A stretch of 64,000 nucleotides of DNA from Camelus ferus (taxonomy: Eukaryota): positions 4,280,001 through 4,344,000 of the forward strand of contig NC_045696.1 in the NCBI RefSeq assembly GCF_009834535.1, read 5' to 3'. The position numbers and the translations under genes were made by a program. The notes beneath the pieces were generated by a model, which ran no database searches, was not told where the DNA came from, and saw nothing but the letters and a program-made list of their open reading frames with translations. Of the stretch, positions 36,560-47,549 are shown piece by piece (positions within the stretch are counted from its first letter, which is position 1; each line of letters opens with the position of its first letter).

Positions 36560-37250
36560 GTGGCCTCTTCAGCCAGACAGTTTGGATTCAAATCCAAGCT
36601 CCGCCACGTACAACCTGTTCCCTTGAATCTAGTTGCATTATCCCTCTGGGTCTCTGTTTCATCATCTATAAAGTGGAGCTGATAATAGTAACCCACACCT
36701 CTGGATTGTTGTCAGGATTAAATTAGTTAACACAAGTAAAGTGCGTAGAGGGAGGTCTGGTAGGTATGCTACGGAAACGACAGGCCAGCCAAGAAACAAG
36801 CACCACGCGGAGGGTTGGAGTACTCAGATTTATTACACCGGCGGGCTCAGAGGGGCTTCTGCTCCGAAACTCCGAGCACCTCCAAGATGTGCGCATGAGG
36901 TTTTATAGGGTTAATTACAAGCTTGGGGTATTCGACCAATAGGCATGGAACAGCTTTAGCAGCATCATTGTTACAAAAGTAGAGGCAGGGAGGCACCAAA
37001 CCAACATTTCAAGGCCAGATATGTCTCTTTGAAAATCCAGCTGGCTAGCAAAAAAAAAAAAAAAAAAAAAAAACACGAACAGGGAATCAGCAAACTGACA
37101 CTTATTAACTTAGATTTACGAGTTAGTCCAGGAGAACTCAGATCAGTAATCTGACACTTGTTACACTTAGATTTGTGAGTTATCTTGTTAGCCCAGCCCG
37201 GCTTTTCCTTCTCAGGTAGTCATCCTCCATAAAGGTTAGCTACTATCACT
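36560..37250 (+). mobile_element. MIR split by a young LTR
   Basis: MIR body 36560-36766 (ctctgtttcatcatctataaagtgg..ggattaaattagttaa). Its tail resumes at 37219 (ccataaaggttagctactat). Confidence 0.8.
36767..37214 (-). mobile_element. Young ERV1-type solo LTR
   Basis: TG...CA termini, perfect TSD GGTA (36763-36766, 37215-37218), minus-strand TATA (ttttatag 36901), AATAAA (tttatt 36829-36834), retained CpGs, U3 ~30-bp direct repeat, A24 run at 37050-37073. Confidence 0.92.
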
Positions 37251-37280
37251 ATTAATCCATCCCTAAAGGCAGGCTGGCTA

Positions 37281-37394
37281 TTTTTTTTTTTTTTTTTTTG
37301 GCTGGGGGAGGTAATTAGGTTTATTTTTAGCAGTAGAGTGTATGCTTAGCATGCACACGGTCCTGGGTTCTATCCCCAGTATCTCCTCTAAAAG
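37281..37394 (-). mobile_element. Vic-1-like SINE with 5' inversion
   Basis: polyT plus minus-strand tail (37281-37330) joined to a plus-strand tRNA-like body (37331-37394). 17-bp TSD with 14 matches at 37264-37280 and 37395-37411. Confidence 0.85.
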
Positions 37395-37617
37395 TAAAGG
37401 CATGCTGACTTTTGTGTTCCCCACCAAATGTTAGAAAAAGAGTCACTGATCGGGTTCACTGATTGACATTTGTTAATCAGGCCCCTCACTGTCTCTCACA
37501 GCTGATGTGTGGGCCACCCTGTGGTCGGTACGTCAGCCCTGTGGTCAAGTAAGCGGCCCCTTTGCAGAGAGAATCACTTAATGACAGTCCCTGAGCAGGA
37601 CTTTTGGGCAAGACCGT

Positions 37618-38178
37618 TGTGGTTAGAAGTCTGATTCCAATGAGAAGCTAGAAGCCACATAGTGGGTGAAACGGGGGGGCGTTTAAAATGAAGAATTGCT
37701 GTGAAACAGCACATAAAACTTCCAACAGCTTAGACTGGGTTTGCCTTCTTAGATGAGCTGATTGATTCACCAGACCTTGAGCTGTTTTACACAGACAGCT
37801 CTGCGCACGCGCAAGACGGGAACCTGTATGGCCAGGATGACCCCGGAACCAAGAACCTTCAGTCTACGGAACTCAGACAATAGAAATGTCGCCACTGGAG
37901 CCCTTTACAAAGCGAGAAGTCCTCCAGTGAGGAAAACCTGGCTTTCAGCAGCACCCGTAGCTTATCTGCACTGATTCGAGACCAGCCAATCAGTTTCCAA
38001 GTTTGAAATTTCCCTAACTCCTTAAATTTCACTCCAACCCTCTGGTCAGGGAGACAGATTTGAGCCCTTCCTCCTGTCTCCTGACCAGTTGACCTCCCCA
38101 TACAGCCCTTTCCTTTTTCAAAAGCAGGTTCATAGTCCTGGCTTCTATGCACACAGCAGCAAGCTCTGCTAGGTAACA
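37618..38178 (+). mobile_element. ERV1-type solo LTR
   Basis: ccttgagctgtttt U3 motif, agccaatca, tcagggagacagatttgagc R-region, ends ggtaaca. 5' boundary uncertain. Confidence 0.75.
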
Positions 38179-38558
38179 CTAGTTATGATCAAAGGGTAAC
38201 TGTAAGACATAAGGAAATACCAAGGAAGGGCGGACTCAGAGGCGTTCAGATCTTGTTGGAGAAGGTGTGGTTCAGCCACTGGGCAGCAGGAAGTTTGCCG
38301 CTTGGCCAGGCCAGTGCTGGTCTGGACTGCAGAGCAAGCCACAGGACACCCCCAGAAGTGCAGGTGACATGGGTGTGACTGGGTGGGAGCCCTTCTGAGC
38401 AAAAGAAACCTGCAGAAAGGCTGTCACCCAGCAGAGGCTGCGAGATCTCAGGGGGATCAGTGCTGGGCCCCTGCCTGGGGTCGTCCCCCAGAGTGTCCTC
38501 ACAACTGCACCCTCTACGCTGGACCCAGCAGGAAGCCGCTTCCCTCTCCCGGTCCCTC

Positions 38559-38576
38559 CAGCGCCCTCTACTGAGA
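38559..38576 (-). promoter_or_regulatory. CTCF-like motif
   Basis: Minus strand tcTCAGTAGAGGGCGCTg versus consensus CCASYAGRKGGCRS. Confidence 0.5.
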
Positions 38577-38779
38577 GAGCTCAGCACAGAGTTTGCTGCA
38601 AGGGATTCGGTGGTTGGTCACAGAGCACAATGCATATTGAAGCGTGAGTTCTTTGCTGTGAGAAAGTGATGCTGACCCACGTGTCCCCTCCACGCTCCAC
38701 TTGCTGTAGAAAACATTGCCGGGCTATGTCGTGGGGGAAATCACCCTTCTGCATCTCACTCTTGGCCCTTCTGGGAAGT

Positions 38780-39050
38780 GGCTAGACTGTGTCCAATGTT
38801 CCAGGCACGGTCCTGGGGGATGTGCTGAGGGGATACAGCCATAAAGAGGGGCTAGGGTCTTGTGCTCGTGGGGCTCGTGTTCTAGAAAGGGAATTGGATA
38901 AATAGACTAACATGCAAGAAACTAGGTAATCATCAGTGCTGTGGTGAATAACAGGATGGTGGGCTGGCTGAGGAAGCACCGTCTGAGGGGTAACATGGAA
39001 CGTGAGATCAGGAGGGGACCCTCCACGTGATGACGTGGAGGAAAGTGTCC
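38780..39050 (-). mobile_element. L2 3' fragment
   Basis: aatgttccaggcacggtcctgggggatg..gctcgtgttctag. Confidence 0.6.
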
Positions 39051-39926
39051 CAGGATCAGGACCTCAGCCTGAAATGCCAAAATGCATCCCTAAAATTCCG
39101 AGCATTCATAATTGACTGGCCCTCCCCATTGTATAGATACAGAAGTACATGCATGAGTTGACAATTGAATCCTTTATATACATTTATATTTTATTTGAAT
39201 GCATTTAAAACACTTAACCTGGGTTGCTGCATTTCCTCAGGGATTCTTAGATCTTCCGGGTGAAAATGCATGTGGCTCAGTGGCAGGTGCTGCTCAAACA
39301 GGGATCTGTGGGAAGGAGTGAGGGGTGCCCTTGAGGATGCTGCCCCCCCCCCATTGCTGACTCCCCGGGGACAGGCATTTACCATCCTTCCTTCTTTCTT
39401 GCCACCTTCGTTCTCTGCCTCTCTGTGGGAACCACAGTCTGGGAGATAATCTTGGCCCTTCCACTCCTTTGACAGAAATCTCCATTAAGGTTCTTTTTCT
39501 CCTAAGACGAGCTCCAGGATTCAAACTGCCTCATCTTCCCTCCCATCTCTTCCCATCAAATCTCATCTATGATCGGTTACCACTTCTCAGACAGCTGTCA
39601 CAGGGAGCGCTGGAGCCCACAAGCTGTTCTCCTCTAGCCTGTTAGAGGACGACAAAACTTTAATGTGTTTCTTGGTCCCAGGGGTATCAGGGAACAAAAA
39701 GATAATTATCTACAGTGATGCCTTAGGCATCAACCACAGGCAGATGGAAGAGATACTTGTGGGTCAGGGTAGGGGATTTGCTCTTCCGTGTGTGCTCAAG
39801 GCTGGTCCCAAACAAAGCAAAATGAGCCCTTTCATTTTTTGCATGTGTGTGTGTGTGTGTGTGATCCAAGGAACTCATTTTATTTTCTGTTCCCATTGGA
39901 CTTACTCATTGACACGAAGAATAAGC

Positions 39927-40340
39927 ATCAACAGATGAACGAATAAACAAAATGCGGTCTCTACCTGCAATGGAATAGTATTCAGCCTTAGAAAGGAAGG
40001 AAATTCTGACACAGGCTACAACATGGATGAACCTTGAGGACATAGGCTGAGTGAGATAAGTCAGGCACAAAGGCTAAATACTGCCTGATTGCACTCACAT
40101 GAGGCAGCCAGAGGAGTCAAATTCAAAGAGACAGAAATTGCGGTGGTTGCAGGGGACAGGGGAACAGGGAGTGTGTTTAATGGGGACAGAGTTTCAGTTT
40201 GGGAAGATGGAAGGGTTCTGGGATTGGATGGGGTGACGGTTTTACAACAATGCGGATGGACTTAATGCCACCAACCTGGACACGTGAAAATGGTTATGAC
40301 GTTGTATGTATTTGTTATCTGTATTTTATCACAGTCCAAA
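39927..40340 (+). mobile_element. L1MB-like 3' end
   Basis: caatggaatagtattcagccttagaaaggaaggaaattctgacacaggctacaacatggatgaaccttgaggacat ... tttaatggggacagagtttcagtttggga. Confidence 0.88.
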
Positions 40341-41859
40341 TAGAACAGGAAAGACGTGAGTCCCGAGGCTGTAGCTGCTGGTTTCAGCTAAAAGAAGAGA
40401 AGGAGTAGCAAGTATTTATTCCCAAAAGCGCACACTTGGCTGGGACAATTCGGAGGCGCTCAGGAGAAGCTCGTTTTCCTGGAACAAGTGCCATGTCTTT
40501 CTTGGCGACTCTGCCAGCGCTATTTTTACAAATGACTTTCTCATATCCTAATGCGGGCTGAGCACAGAGCTCCTCCTTAGCTGGGAAGCAGCCGTGGCCT
40601 TGAAGGTTCTCCCAGCCCAGATACGCGCAGAACAGGGGAGCGAGGCATTGGACGGGGAATGCGCTGCGGCCGAGACAGGCAGTGCTTGTGCCTCCTGCGT
40701 GGTTGATTGTTGGGGGGAAGTGCAGGCTCCATCCCATTAGTGGAGCGAGCACGGGGTACCCCCCGCATTGAATAAGCATCCAAAGGTCATTTTGAAACAT
40801 CAATGGCAGTTTTGACAGATTGTATCTCCAAGGGAGTGTGTCTCAGTGCCCTCATTTGGCGGAGTCCTGAGCATATCTCAACGTGCCTCCCCCCGGAAGA
40901 CTTCTCTGGGTCTCTGACACTTCCCAGAATGCATATAAAGAGACGGCTGCTCCCTATACTTGTGTCCCTCCTCACGTACACAAGACACATATTTGCGCAT
41001 GAGCAAGCTGTAGGGGGGGGCCAGTCTTAAGGGTCTGACTGACTGAAACCATTTCGAAGATCAAGTTTTATTAGGCCACTGATGACTGTCACATCTGATA
41101 TGAGAGATTATTTCGTATTCATTCTGTGGGGATGTTTGTTTTGTCGGAAGTCTATGCTCGGAGAGGGAGTTAAGACAACTGCGAGCTGGAATCCTGGAAT
41201 ACGACAGCTCTGCTCGCACATGGTCTCAAGCAGCAGTGAGGACGTGGGCTGGGGATTCAGGCCTTTCACGAACCCCAACTCCCTCTGACTGGAGAGGAGA
41301 CAGATGCACTTGGAATTGGCAACTGGGCTCCCGTGATTTGCCCGTTGCGGGTTGCACACATTCTTCTTACCTATTTTTCTTTGTGTTCAATAGAATTTAT
41401 AAAACGAAGTCCTCAAACCACAGCCCATTCTTCCGACGCATCTGGTCAGACTTGGAGCTGGTTCTTTGCTTTTCGTCAATCAGCTCATCAGGTCTGCCCG
41501 CAGCAGACGCTGCAACAGAACCTGGTGACACAAGAACTCCGCCAGCATCACCCTCCTTGCTGTGGGGTGGGGGCACGGGGGTCTAGGTTCCGGAGCAGCG
41601 TTCTCAGGGGGCGCGGCAGGTGGCAGGGCCCGAGTGAGGGTTCCCGTAGTGGAGCTGGGCTTTGCCCACCACAGCAGCCTGGGGCGTGATCTGAGGGGCT
41701 GATCCTCCAGGCTTCCTTCCCTAAACCAGTGAGAACAACCATATATCCTTATACATTTATTTCCTGCTCAAACTGGCTGGGGATCTCTCTGCTGTGTGCA
41801 GCCAGCCCGGGACAGCTTCAATGTTGTGTGCAGATACTATATTTGGGAGGTATTAAATG

Positions 41860-42130
41860 GTCAAATGGACAAATGCACACCAAATTCACGAGAGTGGTTG
41901 CTCTTGGGGAGGGAGGGAGAAGAATGGAGTCAAGGCCAAGGGAGAGATGGACTTCATCTGTGTCTGTAATATTTTATTCATCTTGTTAAACACCAAAGCA
42001 AATATGGTAAGTAATGTTTAACTCTTGATAATTGAGGAGGATGCTAGACTGTGGGAGCATTTGCTACACTATATAGAGTTTTCTGTAAATTAAAAAAAGT
42101 CCATGGAACCACAAACCAATTTTTAAAAAT
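41860..42130 (+). mobile_element. L1ME-like 3' relic
   Basis: acaccaaattcacgagagtggttgctcttggggagggaggg..tgtaatattttatt..aagcaaatatgg. Confidence 0.6.
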
Positions 42131-42167
42131 TCAACAACTAAAGTATAGAACAAGAAAGGCATAAATC

Positions 42168-42424
42168 ACTTATGGTTACCAGAGGGGAAAGGGGGATGGG
42201 GGTAAATTGGGAGTTCGAGATTTGCAGGTACTAACTGCTATATATTAAGTAGATAAACAACAAGGACCTACTGTACAGCACAGGGAACTATATTCAATTT
42301 CTTATAATAGCCTGCAATGAAAGAGAATATGAAAAGGAATATATATGTGTGTGTAACTGAATCACTATACTGTGCACCAGAAATTGACACAACATTATAA
42401 ACTGACTATACTTCGATTAAAAAG
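42168..42424 (+). mobile_element. Young L1 3'UTR fragment with TSD
   Basis: cttatggttaccagagggg..ataaacaacaaggacctactgtacagcacagggaacta..aaactgactatacttc. Perfect TSD aaggcataaatc at 42156-42167 and 42425-42436. Confidence 0.92.
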
Positions 42425-43047
42425 AAGGCATAAATCCTGCTTGGTGGTGGTGGTGGTGGTGGGAGGGGTGACTAGTGAACACTCAGCAGGGCACGCTTTG
42501 TACAGTTTACCATCTGCGAACTGCAGCCCGAGATGTGCAGTGCGGAACCCGCACAACTGCACTCAGCAGCCCCGAGTTAGCTAGCTGGCTGCAGGGAAGG
42601 ATGCTTGTGCACAGGTTGTGGAAGGTAAAGCTGACACATTAGACTGTTGCCGCGTTGTGGAGTTGTGATACGATGTGACCAGGCCTGGATGCTGAAGGTT
42701 TCCCAGGGGAGGAATGACTTGATCTAAAAGAGTCTGGAGAATTAATCAGGCATCCTCACGCAGGATGAACTGGGGGGAGGGAATGAAGCTGTGTGACTAG
42801 TGAGATGCTGGAGGGAGAGCCCGGGGAACCCCATCACCCTGACTGGTGACTAGAGACTTAGGTTTGAGCTGAGTGATGGTCAAACCAGAGAGCTCTGTCC
42901 CGCGCCAGGAGCCCCTTTCCCCTTCTCTCTCCAAGGAGGCCACTAGGTCACACCCACAGGCCTAGTAGCTGTTTCTGGAACATCACGAGCTGAATGAGCA
43001 TCTGCTCCGAACATGGTGCACCAGGCTCTTTCCTAAATGCCGGTCCT

Positions 43048-43061
43048 CCGCCACCTCTTGG
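43048..43061 (-). promoter_or_regulatory. CTCF-like motif
   Basis: Minus strand CCAAGAGGTGGCGG. Confidence 0.35.
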
Positions 43062-43489
43062 ACGAGGCTGACAGCAGCGAACGTTCCAGGCTCCCTCTGG
43101 CAACTCCAGCAATGATTCTGCAGACACCAGCATCCTGGGCAGGAGGAGCGAGGCTAGGGGACAGTCCCTTCCCATTTCACTGATGAGGGAATGGGATCCA
43201 CAGAGAATGAGGGCTCCAGAGCAGGGCACATCTCGAAGCAGAAGCAGCAATGAAACCTGCACAGAAGTGTGAAATTAACATCTCCAGAAGATGCCTTTTA
43301 AACCGCGGGGTGTCGGGGCAAGGAGTGACTCCCACCTGGCACCTCCTCCCAGCTTGGCCGGGGCTCCTTTCAGTCGGCTGCCCTGAGTCACAAGTTCACG
43401 GGGAACCACCCCACCTGATGCTCTCCCAGCAGTTACAATGCCCGTGCGGCCCTCACCTACTTCACCAGAGAGCTTGCCTGTCATCTGGG

Positions 43490-43670
43490 TCTGCAGGGAA
43501 GCCCAGGACTGCTGAAGCCACCCGAAGCCAGGAGAAGGAGGCATGGAAAGCATTCTCCCCCGGAGCCCCGGAGGGTGCCAACCCTGCCAACACCTTGCTC
43601 TTGAGCTCTTGGTCTTCAGTTCTGTTCTCTTGAGGCTGCCCGATCGCAGCAGCCCTAGGAAACAGATGCA
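43490..43670 (+). mobile_element. MLT1 LTR 3' part
   Basis: gaagccaggaga..gcatggaaagcattctcccc..caaccctgccaacaccttg..gcagccctaggaaac. Confidence 0.75.
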
Positions 43671-44299
43671 GGCAAGAGGCAAGATTCTCCCATGATCTTG
43701 TGATAACACTCACCCTCAAAGAAAATCTGTGCCATGGCACTTGCTTCGATGACTGGGAGTGACTGTGTCTTCTCCAGCTGCAGAGATTTCTCCGTGGAGA
43801 ACATGGAAATCCCTGTCTTCACCCCACTCTGTGCCCTTCGCAAAGGAAGTCCAGAAGGCTCCTCAGAGTGCTCTGCTCTGGCCTTCTCTGCCTGGTGCCC
43901 TCCCCATCACGCACCTGCCCACCTGGCCCTCGGGAACCCCGTTTCTGGGTACACGCACCAGCGAACTACTCACCGTTAAAACTCTCCCGTGAGTCTTCCT
44001 CCTCTTGGCTTTAGCCGAGACCTGCTTCTACCTGAGGGCGGGTTTCCCGCACAGGGAAGTTCTTTTCTCCTCCCGCGCTCCTGGCCCGCAGGGGTCCAGA
44101 GTGCGGCCCACGGTCGCTGCCCCTCACTGAGTCCCAGTCACACCTGATTGTCGGGAGGCATATGGCTCTCGTGGCACCACTCCTCGTGGCTTCTCTGGGT
44201 CCTGCTCTGTTCTCCTCCTGCCGTGCCCCTCCTCGTGGAGGCCTTGGCGCTGGACCCCTGCTTTCCCTCTGCGCTCTGAGCCCTGCCATCCTGACTCAA

Positions 44300-45735
44300 T
44301 GCCCTGGCTTCTCACCTCTTCCTCCACGGGCACCTCCTTCTCACTCCACTTTGGTTTTCACTCTTAGAGTTTGTTATTCCCAGAACCACCCCCTGCTCTC
44401 CACAGCCCAACGTGGCGAAAGGTTGGTCACACCCGTGGTTTCCGTTTCTCCCTCCCTCCCGATCCTGGTCCTCTGTCCCTGGGTGTCCACCCTACCCTGA
44501 AACAGCTGCTAAATCCAGCGAATCCCCGCTGGTCCTTCTTCACCTGCCTTCCCTGCAGCCTGTCTACTGTGGGCCCCGCTGTCCTTAAAACACGCTCCTC
44601 CCCAACCCTCGGCCCCCGCTCACCCACTTGGTCTCCTGTCTCCATCTCTGCTGCTCCTGCTCCAAGTGTTCGCGGCTTCATCTTCCTTCACTCAGACGCC
44701 GAATGTCAGTGCTCCCTCCAGGACTGTCCAGGGACCGCTTTTCCATTTGAACAAACTCAGGCCCATCTATCATTTCAGTAATCACCCATCCCGCTAACCC
44801 CCAAACTGCATTTGCTTCCTAGGTCTTTTTCCTGAGTTCCTGCTCAAATGAGCCACCTTTGCCCACAAGACGACTCCGTTTGGTTGTTCCACGGATGTCT
44901 CACAACTCAGGTGTGTTCAAACTGAGAATAAATCCCCTGCCCCCACACCAGCTTCACCGCCTAGGACTTCCACCTTGACATCTGCCACCTTCGGCCGTAA
45001 CGTCTGTCAAGTTGCCGGGACCAGAAGCCTGGGTGTTGTCCTGGACTGCTGTCTCTCTTGCCCCCTCTTCCCACATCCAATTTGTCACCTCGTGTTGTTT
45101 CTGGAGGTATCTCTTGCATGCATGTGGTTCTCTCCGTTTCCCCAGCAACTACTCTTCTCTGCCATCTTGGACCTGAAGCATCGTGACAGCTCCCGACTGT
45201 GGTTCCAGACAGAAACCTTCCAATGCGCTTCTCACTGCAGCCAGAACCGTCTAGCAAAAATGCAAATGTGTTCACGTGTCAGTTTGCTTGAACCCTTCAA
45301 AGGCTCCCCATGCCCGCGTTCATGCTATGGGACACCTTCCTCTCCAGGGCTACCGCTTGCTTCTAGAACTCAGCCCTATGGGGGTGGACAGCCCAGGGGC
45401 AGTGCCCACCCTTCTCATTCTGCTTCTCCCCCTCCCCTTGTCTCTCTAACTGCTGAGCTAAGCCTTTGTCCTTACATCTCCCCTTGTCTAGCCAACCCAG
45501 CCCCTCCCCCTCCCCTGGCCCCCTCCTTTGTCGACCAAGCCAACTCTTATCATCCATCCATCAGGACCAAAATCATCCCTGACCCTTGCATGCAGTTTAC
45601 CAAGGTCTCTTCACATGTTGCACCCCCTCCAATCTGTCAGCTTTAATCTGTCACTCATGCTCTGTCCTCTGCTCTGTCCTTGGTGCTTAACACATCACAG
45701 GCATTTAGCAAGTATCTATTAAATGAAGGAACGAA
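44300..45735 (+). mobile_element. Long degraded L2
   Basis: ttccacggatgtctcacaactcag..tcaaactga; ccagaagcctgggtgttgtcctggact; tttgcttgaacccttcaaaggctccc; end tatctattaaatgaagga. Confidence 0.7.
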
Positions 45736-45804
45736 AGGGGATTTTTGAGAGTTTAGTGGGATACTGCACATGGCCATACTCAGCTCAGGCAAAAACAGGT
45801 AGCT

Positions 45805-46250
45805 TCAGAGTCTTCATATAAGTGCCATCCTGTAGTATTTGTCCTTCTGCGTCTGTCTTACTTCACTCTGCATAATGTTCTCCAGGTTCATCCATTTTGT
45901 CACGTACAGCAGGACTTCCTTCTTTTTTAAGGCTCAGAGTAGAATGGTGCTTTCTACGGGGGAGTATGAGTTCAAGGACAAAGGTTTGGTTATACAGGGT
46001 GAGTGAGTCCCAGCTCGGCGCCCCTAGGTACCGATTCCGCAGTGCGCACTTAAACGTCTGCCAAGACGGTAGAGCTTATGTGAAGTGTTGAGCAGGCAGG
46101 AGGAAGCTTTTGGAGATGACGGATATCTTGACGGCATCGAGGATGGTGCTGGGCTTGTGGGAATACACTTACCTCCAAGCATTAACGTATATATCAAGCA
46201 GGTGCAGTGTTTTTATAAGTCAAGTCTATCTGAATCAAATTTTTTTAAAA
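45805..46250 (+). mobile_element. Older L1 (L1MA/MB-like) with 5' inversion
   Basis: 45807-45934 is minus-strand (gtagtatttgtccttctg..ctccaggttcatccat). 45935-46250 is plus-strand 3'UTR (agagtagaatggtg..). TSD aaaaaCAggta (45791-45801) / aaaaaTGggta (46247-46257). Confidence 0.82.
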
Positions 46251-47189
46251 ATGGGTAATGGTATTATTGAGTGTATGGGCGTGGTGCCACCCATGCCACG
46301 GCATTCATTGGGTGCCTGAAGGTTGCAGCAGGACCGTGCCTTCCAGGGCCGCTGCTGTGGGGGGAGAGTCGGGGCCTGCGACAGCTCAGTAGCCCTGACA
46401 AAGTGGCTCAAGTCATAGCTGGGTGCAGTTTCCTGTCCCTCATGGGAAGTGTCACCTTGTTTTACATCAAAGTGTGCGGCAGCCTCTGCTCAGGGTGACA
46501 CTGGGGATTTGCAGGCAGGAGCACTGGGAAGGGGCTCTGGTCATCAGAGGAGACACTGTCTTGGGCCCCAGGGAACGGCTGACTTTTTCACCTTCAGGTG
46601 GCCCCGAGGCCTGCGGGAGGCGGGGGGAGCTGGAGCCCCTCGGTCAGGAATGCTGAAATTCACTTTTAGGAAATTCAAAGACATATTTAAGCCTTTTTAG
46701 GGCATTGTTTAAAGACACCCCACAATTCTGTTTGGTTGACTTGTGGAAATAATTCTCTCTGACCTTGGACAGATTTCTTCTGTTTTCTCACGCTCAGTTG
46801 AAAGTGGCGAAATTTCTACTCATCTCGGAAGGGCAGCCTGAAGAGTGAAGGAGTAAAAGGACACAAAACCCCTTCTAGCTGGCTTGTGCGGGACACTTGC
46901 TGTTTCCTGCTAACTGCAGACCAGCAGGGACCTGGAGTGGAGCCCGCAGGTGCACGGAGTCCAGGTGGCACACAGGATGCCTGTTTGTGGCGAGCACTGC
47001 GCCATTTGCTCTTTAACATACAGGGTGTCTTAGCTTGTGGTCTGGGCCACAAAAGGAAGGATGAAACAGGAGGAAGACAAGCTGGGCTGTTGAGTTAATT
47101 AGTGCTAAGAGAGCTCCCCGCTTGTAAGGAGGCAGGCTGCAGATCCTGGAACCAGGCTGCTGCTGCTCCAAGACCCCCACCATGTCTCA

Positions 47190-47325
47190 CTGTGGTTCAG
47201 CAGTGTGCAGCGGGCTCCTCATCTGGAACTGGGAAGGTAATGATTTTGACCTCATGGGGTAGCTGTGAGGTTAAAGGAATTAATATACATAGAGTTTAGG
47301 GATGCTGACTGGCTCAGGAATAGCA
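47190..47325 (+). mobile_element. MIR 3' part
   Basis: ctcctcatctggaactggg..acctcatggggtagctgtgaggttaaaggaattaatatacatagag. Confidence 0.65.
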
Positions 47326-47340
47326 TATGATAGATGCTCT

Positions 47341-47514
47341 TCATCATCTTCATCTTCATCATCATCATCATCATTGTCATCATCATTGTCATCAATGTTA
47401 TTATCATCATCATCATCATTATCGTCTTCATCATCATCATAATCAGCATCTTCTTCATCATCATCATCATCATCTTCATCATCAGCGTCATCATCTTCGT
47501 CCCCCCCACCATTG

Positions 47515-47548
<34 letters not shown>

Positions 47549-47549
47549 T
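47341..47549 (+). repeat. Imperfect (CAT)n trinucleotide repeat
   Basis: About 70 CAT-like units directly after the MIR 3' end. Confidence 0.95.

Noticed and set aside
44975..45646. 223-aa ORF
   Set aside because: Falls within a degraded L2 element; non-ATG start.
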